In this document: positions 51,233-64,000 of the stretch, in pieces
Layout: every line of letters begins with the position of its first letter
How positions within the stretch are numbered: position 1 is the first letter of the stretch
NCBI GenBank assembly: GCA_002269645.1
Contig: NIVC01001230.1
Span: 1-64,000, forward strand
Direction: 5' to 3'
Origin: Macrostomum lignano
Lineage: Eukaryota
Length of the DNA stretch: 64,000 bases
Position numbers and translations under genes: made by a program
The notes under the pieces: generated by a model
What the model saw: the letters and a program-made list of their open reading frames with translations, nothing else
What the model was told of the DNA's origin: nothing
The model's database searches: none

Positions 51233-52975
51233 TTTTTTACACCAATAATCTGCGAGAAGCGCCGCTAAGGCAGAAACAATGTTTTGTGCTATTTTGCTGT
51301 TTGCTTTCTTTGAAAAAACAGTTCAGGATACTTTCACTCTTGCAGTTAACTTCGTCAGATGTTAAATCTTTCACTGTGCCAAAAGCAATAAGTTTTATCG
51401 TAGCAGACTCCCCATCTTCAAGCTCCCTACAATGGATGACTGGGGCTTCTGGTAGATATGTAGCATTACTTAAATTTTGACTAAACCTGTGGATTTTTGG
51501 AACAGTTTTGCTGCTCAGGGCTGCTCAGTTTTAGTGTTGAAAAAAAGCCAAATCTAGGTCAGGATCCAGATCCAGGTCCTTCAGGTAAATTTCTGCTTCG
51601 TCGCAGATGCTTTGTCGAGTTTGCTATTGTTTTTCATCAGTTTTTTTGTTTTCCATTTTGTCTCACTCTAACACAAGCCAAAAATTTATTCACTTTTTTG
51701 ATACTTGTAATAATAAACCAATGGCATTTGACAGTGAAATTTTCTAAAATACATAAACTGTTTTATTTTACATATGCTTAATGAGATTATTAGTTTACAA
51801 ACTAAAAAATCGTTTTTGCTATTGACCAGGAATTGTGACAGGAATTGTAAATTTTAAATTGCACGAAATTGGGTTGTTTTCACTCTACTTAACTGTACGC
51901 TGCTTATACATGTAGTCTACTATTTTATCACTGACATTTTAATGAAAAACAAAATTCTGGACCTAACACCGAAAGAATTAGCTTTCTATGTGCAACTAGT
52001 CGAAAATTATATATATGTGAAGACCAGGCCTCCAATAAAAATTACACGATACGCGAGTGTTGTGTCCTACTACTTCAGTTGTCCTTGCTCACCTTTAAAA
52101 ATGTGAGTGTTAAATTATAAGGGCTACAATTCATGTTATTGTTTCACTGAAAACTGGCCTAGGTCAAGTTAGCCATAAAAGCATTATGGATTAAAGAAGC
52201 ATCATTTAAAAATAAAATAATAAATAAAATAAAAATAATAAAAAAAATGTTATAACAAACATACAAGAATTGTCATATCAACTTTAAAATACATATCATT
52301 TGGTTTTTGCTAAAAAAGCTTATTTTTTTATTTGGGATTATAAAAGATAAAGATAAAAAGGCTCATAAAAGAATTCCTATAACTCTTGGGCTTAGATAGA
52401 ATTCATGAAATGTTAAGGTTTATTAGATAATGATGAAGATTCCAAGGTTCATAGGAAGAATTTCTAAAATGCTTGACTTAGCAAGGTTAGAGTTTGGGTT
52501 TAACTATAAAGACTAATATGGAATTGTCAAGGTGTCAAGACTCCTGTAGGTGAATTTCTAAGTTGCTATGGCACTGGCTCATAGTGGAATTACTTGAAAT
52601 TCTTAGGCTCAAGGATAATTGCTGAACTGCTATAACTTGACACAGAGAAAGGTAAGGTTAAGGTTTAAGGTTCAATTATAAAAGAATAATTGAGTCAACC
52701 ATAATAAATTTATGGCCAATTGCTGAATTGCTATGGCACATAGGATATATAACTTATAGAGGGAATTGCTAAGATATCAAAGCTTGAGGTTTAGCCATAG
52801 AATAATTACTTTATCAATTAGAAAAGACTTATAGGGGGATTTCTAAGATAATAAAGACCTTATAAGAGAATTGCTAAGATATCAAGGTCTATAGGGGATA
52901 TTCCTAAGATGATAGGGCTCATATGGAAAATTGCTTTGAGACAAAGCTTATAAAGGATTTGATATCTTAGGCCTA

Positions 52976-53351
52976 TAGTCAGGAAGGTGGCATAGTGCAA
53001 CGGAATAATTTTTTAGGACAATCTATGCACTATGTGCCATTTGTGCTTGTGCACTGTCTGTGCCCTCATTTTATGTATTTTACATAAATTACATATTTTA
53101 CAACAAATTTACAAAATTCTTAGAATTCATGTAGACTCAATATGCTATGCCAGTTTTATGCTAATAAAGATTCTATTCTGATTCCTTATGCACCAAAGTT
53201 GTGCACAGCACCACATATGTCAGGGACTTTATGCGCAGCATGCACCATAATTATGCGCCATATGTGCTAGGGACCTCAGTATATGCCAAGTGCATCAAGG
53301 ACCCCTTGTGTGCGCTGTAATTTGCCATGGCAAAGGCCACTTTCCTGACTA
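52976..53351. mobile_element. Old MITE-like element
   Basis: Inverted termini TAGTCAGGAAGGTGGC / GCCACTTTCCTGACTA (15 of 16 match). TSD is degenerate, only 5 of 8 positions match. Confidence 0.5.
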
Positions 53352-54629
53352 TGGTCTTAGGCTAGATCATATATGCCCAACCTCAAAATTTCACCCATCC
53401 AGTGCAACTTAGTTTTGTCCAGATTTGCGACTTAGTTTCTCCCAATTGCAACTTAGTTTCTCCTAATTGTGACTTAGTTTCTCCCAATAGCAACTTAGTT
53501 CCTCTTGATTGTGACTTAATTTTCACTTTGTATATGACTTTTCTTGCTTTTTTCTTTTCTTCTCTTTTCTTTCTCTCTCTTCTTTCCTTTCTTTCTTTTC
53601 ATTTTCTTTTTTTTTCCTTTTTTCTTCCCCTAATTTTTCACTTTTTGCATTTTCAATTTTGCAACTTACCTTGGCTGGCAGCCATTTCACCTGTCTGGTT
53701 TGGATGGGTTGGATAGGTGTTAGGCATGTATGGGCTAGATAGCTAGATTTTTGTTTTAAGATTCATTTTTTAAGAAAGTAATAATAGTGACACACAAGGT
53801 CATAATATACATATAGTTTATTCAAACATTTCTATTCCTTTTTTTGCTTTTCTAATAGGAAGAAGGCAAAGATTGCTAGTTTATATAACAAAATCTTTTG
53901 TCAAAAAGAACTATATATTAATTAGTATATAACCATTACTTTATCATCAATTTAGTCACTGTTTGATATATATATATATATATTTATATTAGATTTTTAG
54001 GATATTGCCTATGCTATTAATAAGGGTACAAGTTGTTTCCTCTACTAATAGGGCCTAGGTTGTCTACTAAGCAGACAAAAAGTTTTTTTTCTAAAACTGT
54101 TTGTCTGCTAGGAAATATGGGAATTCATAGTGGTAGTAAGAAAAGACTTAGACCAGCTTAACAATATCTTTATTAAGATAGTCTATACTAGATTAGACCT
54201 ATTAGACATACCATTAGGAAGAAGGTTTTAGAGAGACACATGATATGCAAAAAACTCTAGATTTGAAACAACACAGATATCTTATATCTAAGAATTGTTA
54301 AATAAGAAAAACAATTTCTTGATATATTTATCTTTAGAAAATTTACAACAGTTTTGGATCCAGCATGGTTTATAATCAAGGAGGCTCTTTATATATTGCT
54401 TGTTTTGGTTCTAGAACCAGAAAAAATTTGTGAAGTATAACTTTTTGTCTCCTTAACTAGAAGGATATACTTGCTATAAAATTTTAATTATTGAATGAAA
54501 ATTGCCAAGAAGAAAGTGAAAACTTGTGCAAAGTGAGACTATTAAGGCAGTTAAATATTAATAGAGTCAAATAGTTTGCATAACTATGGTTTTGTTTGTT
54601 ATATTATTTCTTGTTTCAAATTTGTTCCA

Positions 54630-55165
54630 ATGCATGTAAAAATAGCTGGACAACCATCGGCTCCTACGACGATCATTCCAGTAGGCAATTTGCGTCCGCC
54701 TGCAGAGCTGTGCCAACTGGACCTCACGATGAGGGACCTGGCAGCCGTGACAATAGATACGCTGGCTACTATTTGTTGGTTGGCCACCTACAGGCTGCTT
54801 GCCAATGAACAGCAGTGTGGATGCCAGCCGGGTGCTCAAATGCATTTGCAATGCCGAGAAGGTGCCTGGTTTATTGATAACTTGGCCTGGGCCTATAAAG
54901 ACTGTTATGCCCAAGTTTCTATAAGGAAGGGATCTTTTTTTAAAGCCAGCCATTTGATTTTGACCCTGCAGCAGATTGTCAACTATATCTACTAGTGGTC
55001 TGTGAGACTCTAGTTCGACAAAATCCAATGTGTGTCGTATCCTGTCACCCAATACTGTTGCTGACTGGGGTAACTTCTGTCGAGAAATTTGTGCCCAGTA
55101 CCTTCTAGATCACCCTGTTGAGCTAGGCGGCCCTGGCCAAGAAGTCAAAGTAGATGAGTCCAAGT
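54630..55165 (+). pseudogene. Merlin (IS1016/IS1595-like) transposase relic, N-terminal half only
   Basis: VSIRKGSFFKASHL, VADWGNFCREIC and ELGGPGQEVKVDESKF, the last being the first-Asp motif of Merlin. Internal stop, frameshift, and truncation after DESKF. Confidence 0.8.
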
Positions 55166-57247
55166 TTTTTCAACTTTCTCTACTGGGTGCCACATTATTA
55201 TCCCGTCTAATTATCTTTCTCGTGACTTCGAACTCTAATTTGAACTTTTTTGGTGGTGGGTCATCTTTTTTGAACTTAAAATAATTTAACGAGCCATTTC
55301 TACATGCGCTGGAACAAATTCAAAACAAGAAATAATATAACGAACGAAACCATAGTTATGCCAAATAGTTTTACTGCTATTTTTCTTGGAAGATCCAAAC
55401 CGATTCTGGTTCTGGAATTGGTAATGTGAAGAGGCTTAAGCTTTTTGTTCTTTCTATAGTATATTACAACAATTATAACAACCATTGTAAAACTTTTTTC
55501 CAGGAATTTTTAGGGTAATTGTAATTGATGAGGATAAAGTCATCAAGATTGACAAAAAACCCAGTTTAGTAGATAAATGAAAGCTCATTTGACGCCAAAT
55601 AATTGCGTGGATATTTGTTAAAAAGATGATTGAAGCAGGTCATTTTTGTTAAAAGTTAAAGACAATCGGTTTGAATGTACCTGTACCTGAATATCTTTCA
55701 GAAAACCCACACCACACAGTAGGCCTAGAAAATCAAGAAAGGCATATTTGCATAGGGCTGTTTTACCAGTAGCCCTTGTTTTATTGGCAAAAAAATGACA
55801 AACGAAAAACATAATTTCAAAACACAGTAAAAAACACAAGACAACAGTTGGCTAACCGGCGTTAAATGTAAGACATTACCTAGGACAAATTGTGCGCACG
55901 CACGCAGTGTGCCCTATTTCGACGAAAGAAAAAAATTAAAACACTATGTGTCGTGAGTTATAACGCAAATAAACAACTCTCTAGAAGATACAAAAGATCA
56001 CTTTTTCGTAACTTGCTACAATAATAGGTTAAAATTTTTGTTTGGGAATAATTTAATATGACGTAAGTTTTTGTGCGGTTAGTAACGGGATGAATAGCTA
56101 GTGATAAAAATGCAAAACAATTTACGCAAACTACTATTCAATAAGTTCCTGAAGTGAGTCATTTTTGCATTTGTATGAAATATTTGAGCTATCGATGAAC
56201 AACGTATTCAGTAGACTTGTTCAAGTCCTGCACTTCTGAATTTTTTACCAGGAATCGCGCCAATCTTGGTTGGGGATGACGGCTTGAAGATTTTCTGAAC
56301 GAAATGCATTAATTGCGTACTGCCAAAAATCATGACAGTGTTCTTTCTTGTGGAATTTGGCTTTCACTCGCATATCCCCCCTGTATTTTGTCTTTGAAAC
56401 TGTCGCACAGGTTGATCTTGAAACCTTTGGACGGATTACTGCCTCTGATTGATATATTAACTCCGAAATCATGGGGTGAGGTGTTTTCTCCACTATGGTT
56501 TGCAATTTGTCAGTATCAATTAGCTTGACAACGTTGTACAATATCAAACGTTAAATACATCATTTTTATCTTTTTTAAAATTTCAAATATTTTATATTCC
56601 GCGTAGGGTTTGCAATCCCGGGATCGTGGGATTAAGGGGCCAAATTCCGGGATTTGAATCCCAGGATTAAAATTTGTCAGGATTTACCAGGATTGATAAT
56701 CCCGGGATTATCCATGGCCGGGATACGGGATCCCGGGATTAAAATCTGTGAATCCAGGGATTTTTCGGGATTGATAAGATGGAACATATAGACATTTTCA
56801 ACTTTCAATTTTCATCATGTATTTTTCAGTTCCACTTCACTTCACAATGCAATTTTTTAGACTATCGTTTAGTTATCCAAATAATGAAATGTGTGAATCG
56901 TAAAATCGTTTTCTAGGAATGAATTTGTTGGACTCTGACTGACTCTGATCGTTTATGGACTGTGGGCTCTGGGGTCAGTGCTTGGGGTGGGTTATTTGTT
57001 TGAGGGTTTGCTTACTCTGAGTACGTCGTTGCTCATTCTGTTTTGTAATTTTTGTAGTTTTTTGTAGTTTTTGCAAACTGTTTTGTATGAAATGTAAGGC
57101 GTCTTATTATTGTTGCGAACTGCGATTATGTTGTGAAGTTGTAAATCGTAAATTTGTACTTTTAATGCGATTGTTGAATGGTGATGGTGATGGATGGTGG
57201 ACGCAGTGAATTGACTGATTCAGTGATTGCATATTATGTTATTTAAC

Positions 57248-59446
57248 GGGATGTCAACTTAAGCACCAGAATGGAGCCCGAAGTTCAGCTCCGGACCAAA
57301 CCGACTGCAATCGATAACTTGTCGGCCCAGACGACTAGAATCGCCGAGACATCCCATCCGGCTCCCTTCCTTGGGGTCCCAGGGGATAAAGGGGATAAAA
57401 TGGGGATCTCATGTCAACTTAAGGCTCTGGAATGGAGCCCGAAGTTCAGCTCCGGACCAAACCGACTGCAATCGATAACTTGTCGGCCCAGACGACTAGA
57501 ATCGCCGAGACATCCCATCCGGCTCCCTTCCTTGGGGTCCCAGGGGATAAAGGGGATAAAATGGGGATCTCATGTCAACTTAAGGCTCTGGAATGGAGCC
57601 CGAAGTTCAGCTCCGGACCAAACCGACTGCAATCGATAACTTGTCGGCCCAGACGACTAGAATCGCCGAGACATCCCATCCGGCTCCCTTCCTTGGGGTC
57701 CCAGGGGATAAAGGGGATAAAATGGGGATCTCATGTCAACTTAAGGCTCTGGAATGGAGCCCGAAGTTCAGCTCCGGACCAAACCGACTGCAATCGATAA
57801 CTTGTCGGCCCAGACGACTAGAATCGCCGAGACATCCCATCCGGCTCCCTTCCTTGGGGTCCCAGGGGATAAAGGGGATAAAATGCAGATCTCATGTCAA
57901 CTTAAGGCTCTGGAATGGAGCCCGAAGTTCAGCTCCGGACCAAACCGACTGCAATCGATAACTTGTCGGCCCAGACGACTAGAATCGCCGAGACATCCCA
58001 TCCGGCTCCCTTCCTTGGGGTCCCAGGGGATAAAGGGGATAAAATGGGGATCTCATGTCAACTTAAGGCTCTGGAATGGAGCCCGAAGTTCAGCTCCGGA
58101 CCAAACCGACTGCAATCGATAACTTGTCGGCCCAGACGACTAGAATCGCCGAGACATCCCATCCGGCTCCCTTCCTTGGGGTCCCAGGGGATAAAGGGGA
58201 TAAAATGGGGATCTCATGTCAACTTAAGGCTCTGGAATGGAGCCCGAAGTTCAGCTCCGGACCAAACCGACTGCAATCGATAACTTGTCGGCCCAGACGA
58301 CTAGAATCGCCGAGACATCCCATCCGGCTCCCTTCCTTGGGGTCCCAGGGATAAAGGGGATAAAATGGGGATCTCATGTCAACTTAAGGCTCTGGAATGG
58401 AGCCCGAAGTTCAGCTCCGGACCAAACCGACTGCAATCGATAACTTGTCGGCCCAGACGACTAGAATCGCCGAGACATCCCATCCGGCTCCCTTCCTTGG
58501 GGTCCCAGGGGATAAAGGGGATAAAATGGGGATCTCATGTCAACTTAAGGCTCTGGAATGGAGCCCGAAGTTCAGCTCCGGACCAAACCGACTGCAATCG
58601 ATAACTTGTCGGCCCAGACGACTAGAATCGCCGAGACATCCCATCCGGCTCCCTTCCTTGGGGTCCCAGGGGATAAAGGGGATAAAATGGGGATCTCATG
58701 TCAACTTAAGGCTCTGGAATGGAGCCCGAAGTTCAGCTCCGGACCAAACCGACTGCAATCGATAACTTGTCGGCCCAGACGACTAGAATCGCCGAGACAT
58801 CCCATCCGGCTCCCTTCCTTGGGGTCCCAGGGGATAAAGGGGATAAAATGGGGATCTCATGTCAACTTAAGGCTCTGGAATGGAGCCCGAAGTTCAGCTC
58901 CGGACCAAACCGACTGCAATCGATAACTTGTCGGCCCAGACGACTAGAATCGCCGAGACATCCCATCCGGCTCCCTTCCTTGGGGTCCCAGGGGATAAAG
59001 GGGATAAAATGCAGATCTCATGTCAACTTAAGGCTCTGGAATGGAGCCCGAAGTTCAGCTCCGGACCAAACCGACTGCAATCGATAACTTGTCGGCCCAG
59101 ACGACTAGAATCGCCGAGACATCCCATCCGGCTCCCTTCCTTGGGGTCCCAGGGGATAAAGGGGATAAAATGGGGATCTCATGTCAACTTAAGGCTCTGG
59201 AATGGAGCCCGAAGTTCAGCTCCGGACCAAACCGACTGCAATCGATAACTTGTCGGCCCAGACGACTAGAATCGCCGAGACATCCCATCCGGCTCCCTTC
59301 CTTGGGGTCCCAGGGGATAAAGGGGATAAAATGCGGATCTCATGTCAACTTAAGGCTCTGGAATGGAGCCCGAAGTTCAGCTCCGGACCAAACCGACTGC
59401 AATCGATAACTTGTCGGCCCAGACGACTAGAATCGCCGAGACATCC
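57248..59446 (+). repeat. 161-bp tandem array, left arm (14 unit starts, the last partial)
   Basis: Unit starts at 57271, 57432, 57593 and so on to 59363. Confidence 0.98.
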
Positions 59447-60022
59447 GCTGTGCCACTATGTTCCGCTCTGTCGTTGAGTGCTGCTTTGCTGCCATTAAGC
59501 AGGACAAATGTGTTATCGAGAGGCACAAACCGTATCAGTGGCTGCCGTCAGCCGGCTTCAGTGAGCCCAGCCGATTAGACGTTGTTATCGAGACCTCGAT
59601 GGCAAAGTACAACCGGGCGCATCCAGGTTTTGAATCATTTAAACAGCTGCCACCGTCATGGACAGGGCTATCGTTGTTCGAATTCGGGCAGAATTTCATG
59701 CGCCGAGTGCTCTTGTCCAACGAACTGGACGAAATTGAGCAGCTGCACTTCAACTGTGATCTGAAGCGTGCCCCCCTGCTAACACAAGGGCATGGATTGC
59801 TGTCAACCCGCTGGATCCAAAAAGCTCGGGGTTCCCCCGAATTCATACAGTGAATTTGTCAGAGGTTTCGGTGGGTCCGTATCAACTAAATCAAGCCGAT
59901 TATTACATTCAAAACATTCGTGTCAAGGAGGTTCTCGGTAGCTACGAAGGTGACTCCTGGAGAGACTTTGAGTTACACATCCGAGCCGCCGGGGGTGTTG
60001 GAAGTTTCGGCAAGAGACGGAC
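59447..60022 (+). pseudogene. Fragment of a PIF/Harbinger/ISL2EU-like (DDE_Tnp_4-type) transposase C-terminal region
   Basis: RSVVECCFAAIKQ resembles the R.VVE..F..IK catalytic-Glu motif. LSEVSVGPYQLNQADYY resembles a downstream L..IT.G.YQL..A.SY motif I recall from this group. Frameshift near 59850. Confidence 0.55.
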
Positions 60023-60780
60023 CCGGATGGGATGTCTCGGTGATTCTAGTCGTCTGGGCCGACAAGTTATCGATTGCAGTCGGTTTGGTCCGGAGCTGAA
60101 CTTCGGGCTCCATTCCAGAGCCTTAAGTTGACATGAGATCCCCATTTTATCCCCTTTATCCCCTGGGACCCCAAGGAAGGGAGCCGGATGGGATGTCTCG
60201 GCGATTCTAGTCGTCTGGGCCGACAAGTTATCGATTGCAGTCGGTTTGGTCCGGAGCTGAACTTCGGGCTCCATTCCAGAGCCTTAAGTTGACATGAGAT
60301 CCCCATTTTATCCCCTTTATCCCCTGGGACCCCAAGGAAGGGAGCCGGATGGGATGTCTCGGCGATTCTAGTCGTCTGGGCCGACAAGTTATCGATTGCA
60401 GTCGGTTTGGTCCGGAGCTGAACTTCGGGCTCCATTCCAGAGCCTTAAGTTGACATGAGATCCCCATTTTATCCCCTTTATCCCCTGGGACCCCAAGGAA
60501 GGGAGCCGGATGGGATGTCTCGGCGATTCTAGTCGTCTGGGCCGACAAGTTATCGATTGCAGTCGGTTTGGTCCGGAGCTGAACTTCGGGCTCCATTCCA
60601 GAGCCTTAAGTTGACATGAGATCCCCATTTTATCCCCTTTATCCCCTGGGACCCCAAGGAAGGGAGCCGGATGGGATGTCTCGGCGATTCTAGTCGTCTG
60701 GGCCGACAAGTTATCGATTGTAGTCGGTTTGGTCCGGAGCTGAACTTCGGGCTCCATTCTGGTGCTTAAGTTGACATCCC
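60023..60780 (-). repeat. 161-bp tandem array, right arm, inverted (5 unit starts, the innermost partial)
   Basis: Reverse-complement copies of the same unit. Confidence 0.98.
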
Positions 60781-62689
60781 CTTTGTTGCGGTCTCTAGTA
60801 ACAGCTCAGACCGCAAGTACTCACTGGCTACAGAGTGTGTACAGTAGTACTGTATGCTGCTGTTTCGAAGGGAAACTGCGAGCGGTTTAACTGCGAAACT
60901 GCGATTTCGCAATAACTGCGTTACAAGAAACTGCTGCGATTTTTAACTGCGAGCGGACTCGCAGTCCACTTCTGCACCAGCTCCGCACCCCATCCATGGT
61001 CGGCTGGCTCCGTTACGTAATCACGTAAATCACGTAAATCGGCAGGTAAAAAGACGATCCTTTAAAAAAGCTGGATCCAAATTAGCTGCATTTTTGTAAC
61101 AGAAAAAAATTAAGTCTTAGTTCTTAACTGACTTAGTTATTTTACAAGAAAACTGACGCCGTGACCCTCAAATCCCTTGTAAAAACTGATTTGTAAAAAC
61201 TGCTTCGAGTATAACTGATCCCATCAAGGCCTACTGGGGAAATTGTTGAGATATCAAGGCTCATGGGGGATGGCTGGGGGAATTGTTGGGGGGAAGGGGG
61301 TTAGATTGTTGAGCGATTGTCAGATAGTCAAGTAGTACGGCTCAAGTAGCTCATTTATTTCAGATAATGAAATAGTACACACAAGTGGTGTTGATTTCTG
61401 CTAATAGGAAATACCAGCGTATTTATTAAAGGTTTGGTTCTTTGAGTTCGGCTAATAAATAGGGGTCTAAAACCGTCAAGGATTGGCCACGCAGTGTCTA
61501 TACGAGCTGAAGTGTATACTCAGCAACATCGAAAAGTCGCCATCACAGCAGATTCCGTCTGTGGTCGCCACTTTTGTGAGTGCAGGTGAAGTCTCTCAAT
61601 CTTGCGAGTGACGCAACTTAGCTACGCCGCGCGACAGACTTAAGTTGAGGAATGAAGTTGGGGGAGCGGTGTGCGAGGGTTGGACGGATTGAAGCTGCCC
61701 CTCAATTTTCTCGTATCTTTTATTTTAGAATTGCTCATAGAGGGGCGACTTTTCAATGTTGTTGAGTGTATATTCGGCGGCAATTAGGTTATTAACTCGT
61801 AAATTGTATGAACATAAAAGCGCGGTAGAACAGATGAAGGCAGACAGGAGAGGCGTCATGAAGCCGCAGTGTGCAGTACAGCAATAAAGTCGCCCTGCAT
61901 AATATTGCAGGAGCAGTAAATATTACCGGGTCATGAACAAAGTATATAGTTCGGCACTCTAGCGTGGCAGAACTACCTTACAGAGAAATAGTTTGCCTTG
62001 TTTTATTTAGCAGGGTGGCCATGAAGTGTAACAGCCGAGTTGACGGTCTTCTGTTTCCGTGCTCCCTCATACGAAGAATGAAACCGGATCATCGTTTGTG
62101 GCATGAAACTTTGATGAGAAATGTTGGCAAAGTTTCCTATGCAGTTGCTTTTATTCCCGCTATCCTAATAACAGGAAAACTGGAATCGAGATTCAATTTA
62201 AAAATCGATCACTAAACAGTGTAGAACACAAAAATTGAGGTTGGATTATGCATTTCCCATTGACTTGAATTTCATTTGGTCTGTGTCGAAGAAGGCCTCA
62301 ACAAGTCTTTAGTTCTCAAGCTCAAATTCTTTCATCAAGCAAGAAGCCTTAATGCAGGCGTGGGAAAATCTATTTTCTAGTCATGATCAAACTCGGATCA
62401 GTTTTCCCTCTCCGTTGCTTTGCATTCGGAATCTTGGCATTATTAAAGATTTATTATTTAAGGCATCGAGCCAGGCAGATGTTGGATGCCTAGCTGTCTC
62501 GCGTTGTTATTACAGCTTTTATAATGGGATAAAGTTACCGCGACTTTGTCTAATGTGCTTCACAGGCTACACTGAAGGCTTGTTTTACTTGATGCGACAA
62601 ACTCATCTGCAGTTTTAAAGAGATTTGGCCTTGTAATTAATTTTTACGCTTTAGGCAAATTAAATTTCCAGCCTCTATAAACATATAGC

Positions 62690-63953
62690 TCGGAACCACT
62701 GCAATTTTACCTGCAATAATGTGTCCTACATGTAAAAGTACAGTTCGGAACCACTGCAATTTTACCTGCGATAATGTGTCCTACATGTAAAAGTACAGTT
62801 CGGAACCACTGCAATTTTACCTGCAATAATGTGTCCTACATGTAAAAGTACAGTTCGGAACCACTGCAATTTTACCTGCAATAATGTGTCCTACATGTAA
62901 AAGTACAGTTCGGAACCACTGCAATTTTACCTGCAATAATGTGTCCTACATGTAAAAGTACAGTTCGGAACCACTGCAATTTTACCTGCGATAATGTGTC
63001 CTACATGTAAAAGTACAGTTCGGAACCACTGCAATTTTACCTGCAATAATGTGTCCTACATGTAAAAGTACAGTTCGGAACCACTGCAATTTTACCTGCA
63101 ATAATGTGTCCTACATGTAAAAGTACAGTTCGGAACCACTGCAATTTTACCTGCAATAATGTGTCCTACATGTAAAAGTACAGCTCGGAACCACTGCAAT
63201 TTTACCTGCAATAATGTGTCCTACATGTAAAAGTACAGTTCGGAACCACTGCAATTTTACCTGCAATAATGTGTCCTACATGTAAAAGTACAGTTCGGAA
63301 CCACTGCAATTTTACCTGCAATAATGTGTCCTACATGTAAAAGTACAGTTCGGAACCACTGCAATTTTACCTGCAATAATGTGTCCTACATGTAAAAGTA
63401 CAGTTCGGAACCACTGCAATTTTACCTGCAATAATGTGTCCTACATGTAAAAGTACAGTTCGGAACCACTGCAATTTTACCTGCGATAATGTGTCCTACA
63501 TGTAAAAAGTACAGTTCGGAACCACTGCAATTTTACCTGCAATAATGTGTCCTACATGTAAAAGTACAGTTCGGAACCACTGCAATTTTACCTGCAATAA
63601 TGTGTCCTACATGTAAAAGTACAGTTCGGAACCACTGCAATTTTACCTGCAATAATGTGTCCTACATGTAAAAGTACAGTTCGGAACCACTGCAATTTTA
63701 CCTGCGATAATGTGTCCTACATGTAAAAAGTACAGTTCGGAACCACTGCAATTTTACCTGCAATAATGTGTCCTACATGTAAAAGTACAGTTCGGAACCA
63801 CTGCAATTTTACCTGCGATAATGTGTCCTACATGTAAAAAGTACAGTTCGGAACCACTGCAATTTTACCTGCAATAATGTGTCCTACATGTAAAAAGTAC
63901 AGTTCGGAACCACTGCAATTTTACCTGCAATAATGTGTCCTACATGTAAAAGT
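62690..63953. repeat. 55-bp satellite (CGGAACCACTGCAATTTTACCTGCAATAATGTGTCCTACATGTAAAAGTACAGTT)n, about 23 copies
   Basis: Near-perfect tandem repeat with a 55-bp period. Confidence 0.97.
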
Positions 63954-64000
63954 AGCATTCGAATCAATCGACTGCCGCCATTTTCAGGAGGATGATTGTA

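Larger units (their letters stand above)
47021..52087 (+). mobile_element. P-superfamily DNA transposon, 5067 bp
   Basis: TIRs CATGGACAACTGAAGT / ACTTCAGTTGTCCTTG (1 mismatch); 8-bp TSD CTCACCTT at 47013-47020 and 52088-52095; encodes a THAP domain and a P-type transposase. Confidence 0.93.
57247..60781. mobile_element. Foldback-like non-autonomous transposon: inverted arms made of 161-bp tandem arrays around a transposase fragment
   Basis: Outer ends GGGATGTCAACTTAAGCACCAGAATGG / CCATTCTGGTGCTTAAGTTGACATCCC are inverted. Left arm about 13.6 units, right arm about 4.7 units on the opposite strand, unique core 59447-60022. Confidence 0.85.

Noticed and set aside
56245-56547. 100-aa minus-strand ORF
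   Set aside because: No recognisable motif, no ATG start context and no linked exons. Left uncalled.
56604-56770. Transposon end TAGGGTTTGCAATCCCGGGAT with CCCGGGAT subrepeats
   Set aside because: It looks like a hAT-type terminus, but I found no matching opposite end or TSD in the window.
57271-60757. Many near-identical 122-aa ORFs, including a collagen-like GVPGDKGDK stretch; possible CRISPR-like array
   Set aside because: They are read-through frames of a 161-bp tandem unit. There are no unique spacers and no cas genes, and the DNA is eukaryotic.

Overview
Eukaryotic (animal) genomic DNA with GC-rich spliced exons separated by introns that mostly carry their own minisatellite. This style, together with phytochelatin synthase and endonuclease IV genes, suggests a free-living flatworm such as Macrostomum (inference, not verified). 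Host genes mapped by hand from splice signals: a 5'-truncated kinesin-3 (KIF28/KLP-6-like, ending in a CaaX box), a small single-pass membrane protein, endonuclease IV (APN1/nfo), CWC15, selenoprotein T (in-frame UGA plus a type II SECIS), a gene fusing a Tpt1/KptA N-lobe to a BC-box-like motif and LRRs, a secreted class-3 lipase, and phytochelatin synthase. Mobile DNA: a Gypsy (Mag-like) LTR element, an intact 6-exon hAT-like transposon with a 7-bp TSD inside the SelT intron, a P-type transposon just upstream of the PCS gene, hAT-type MITEs, a Merlin relic, and a foldback-like element whose arms are inverted 161-bp tandem arrays around a Harbinger/ISL2EU-like transposase fragment. Best novelty candidates: the KptA-N/BC-box/LRR fusion, the satellite-armed transposon, the intact hATw-like element, and the prenylatable kinesin. 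Exon boundaries were read by eye and repeat boundaries are approximate. No database search was run.
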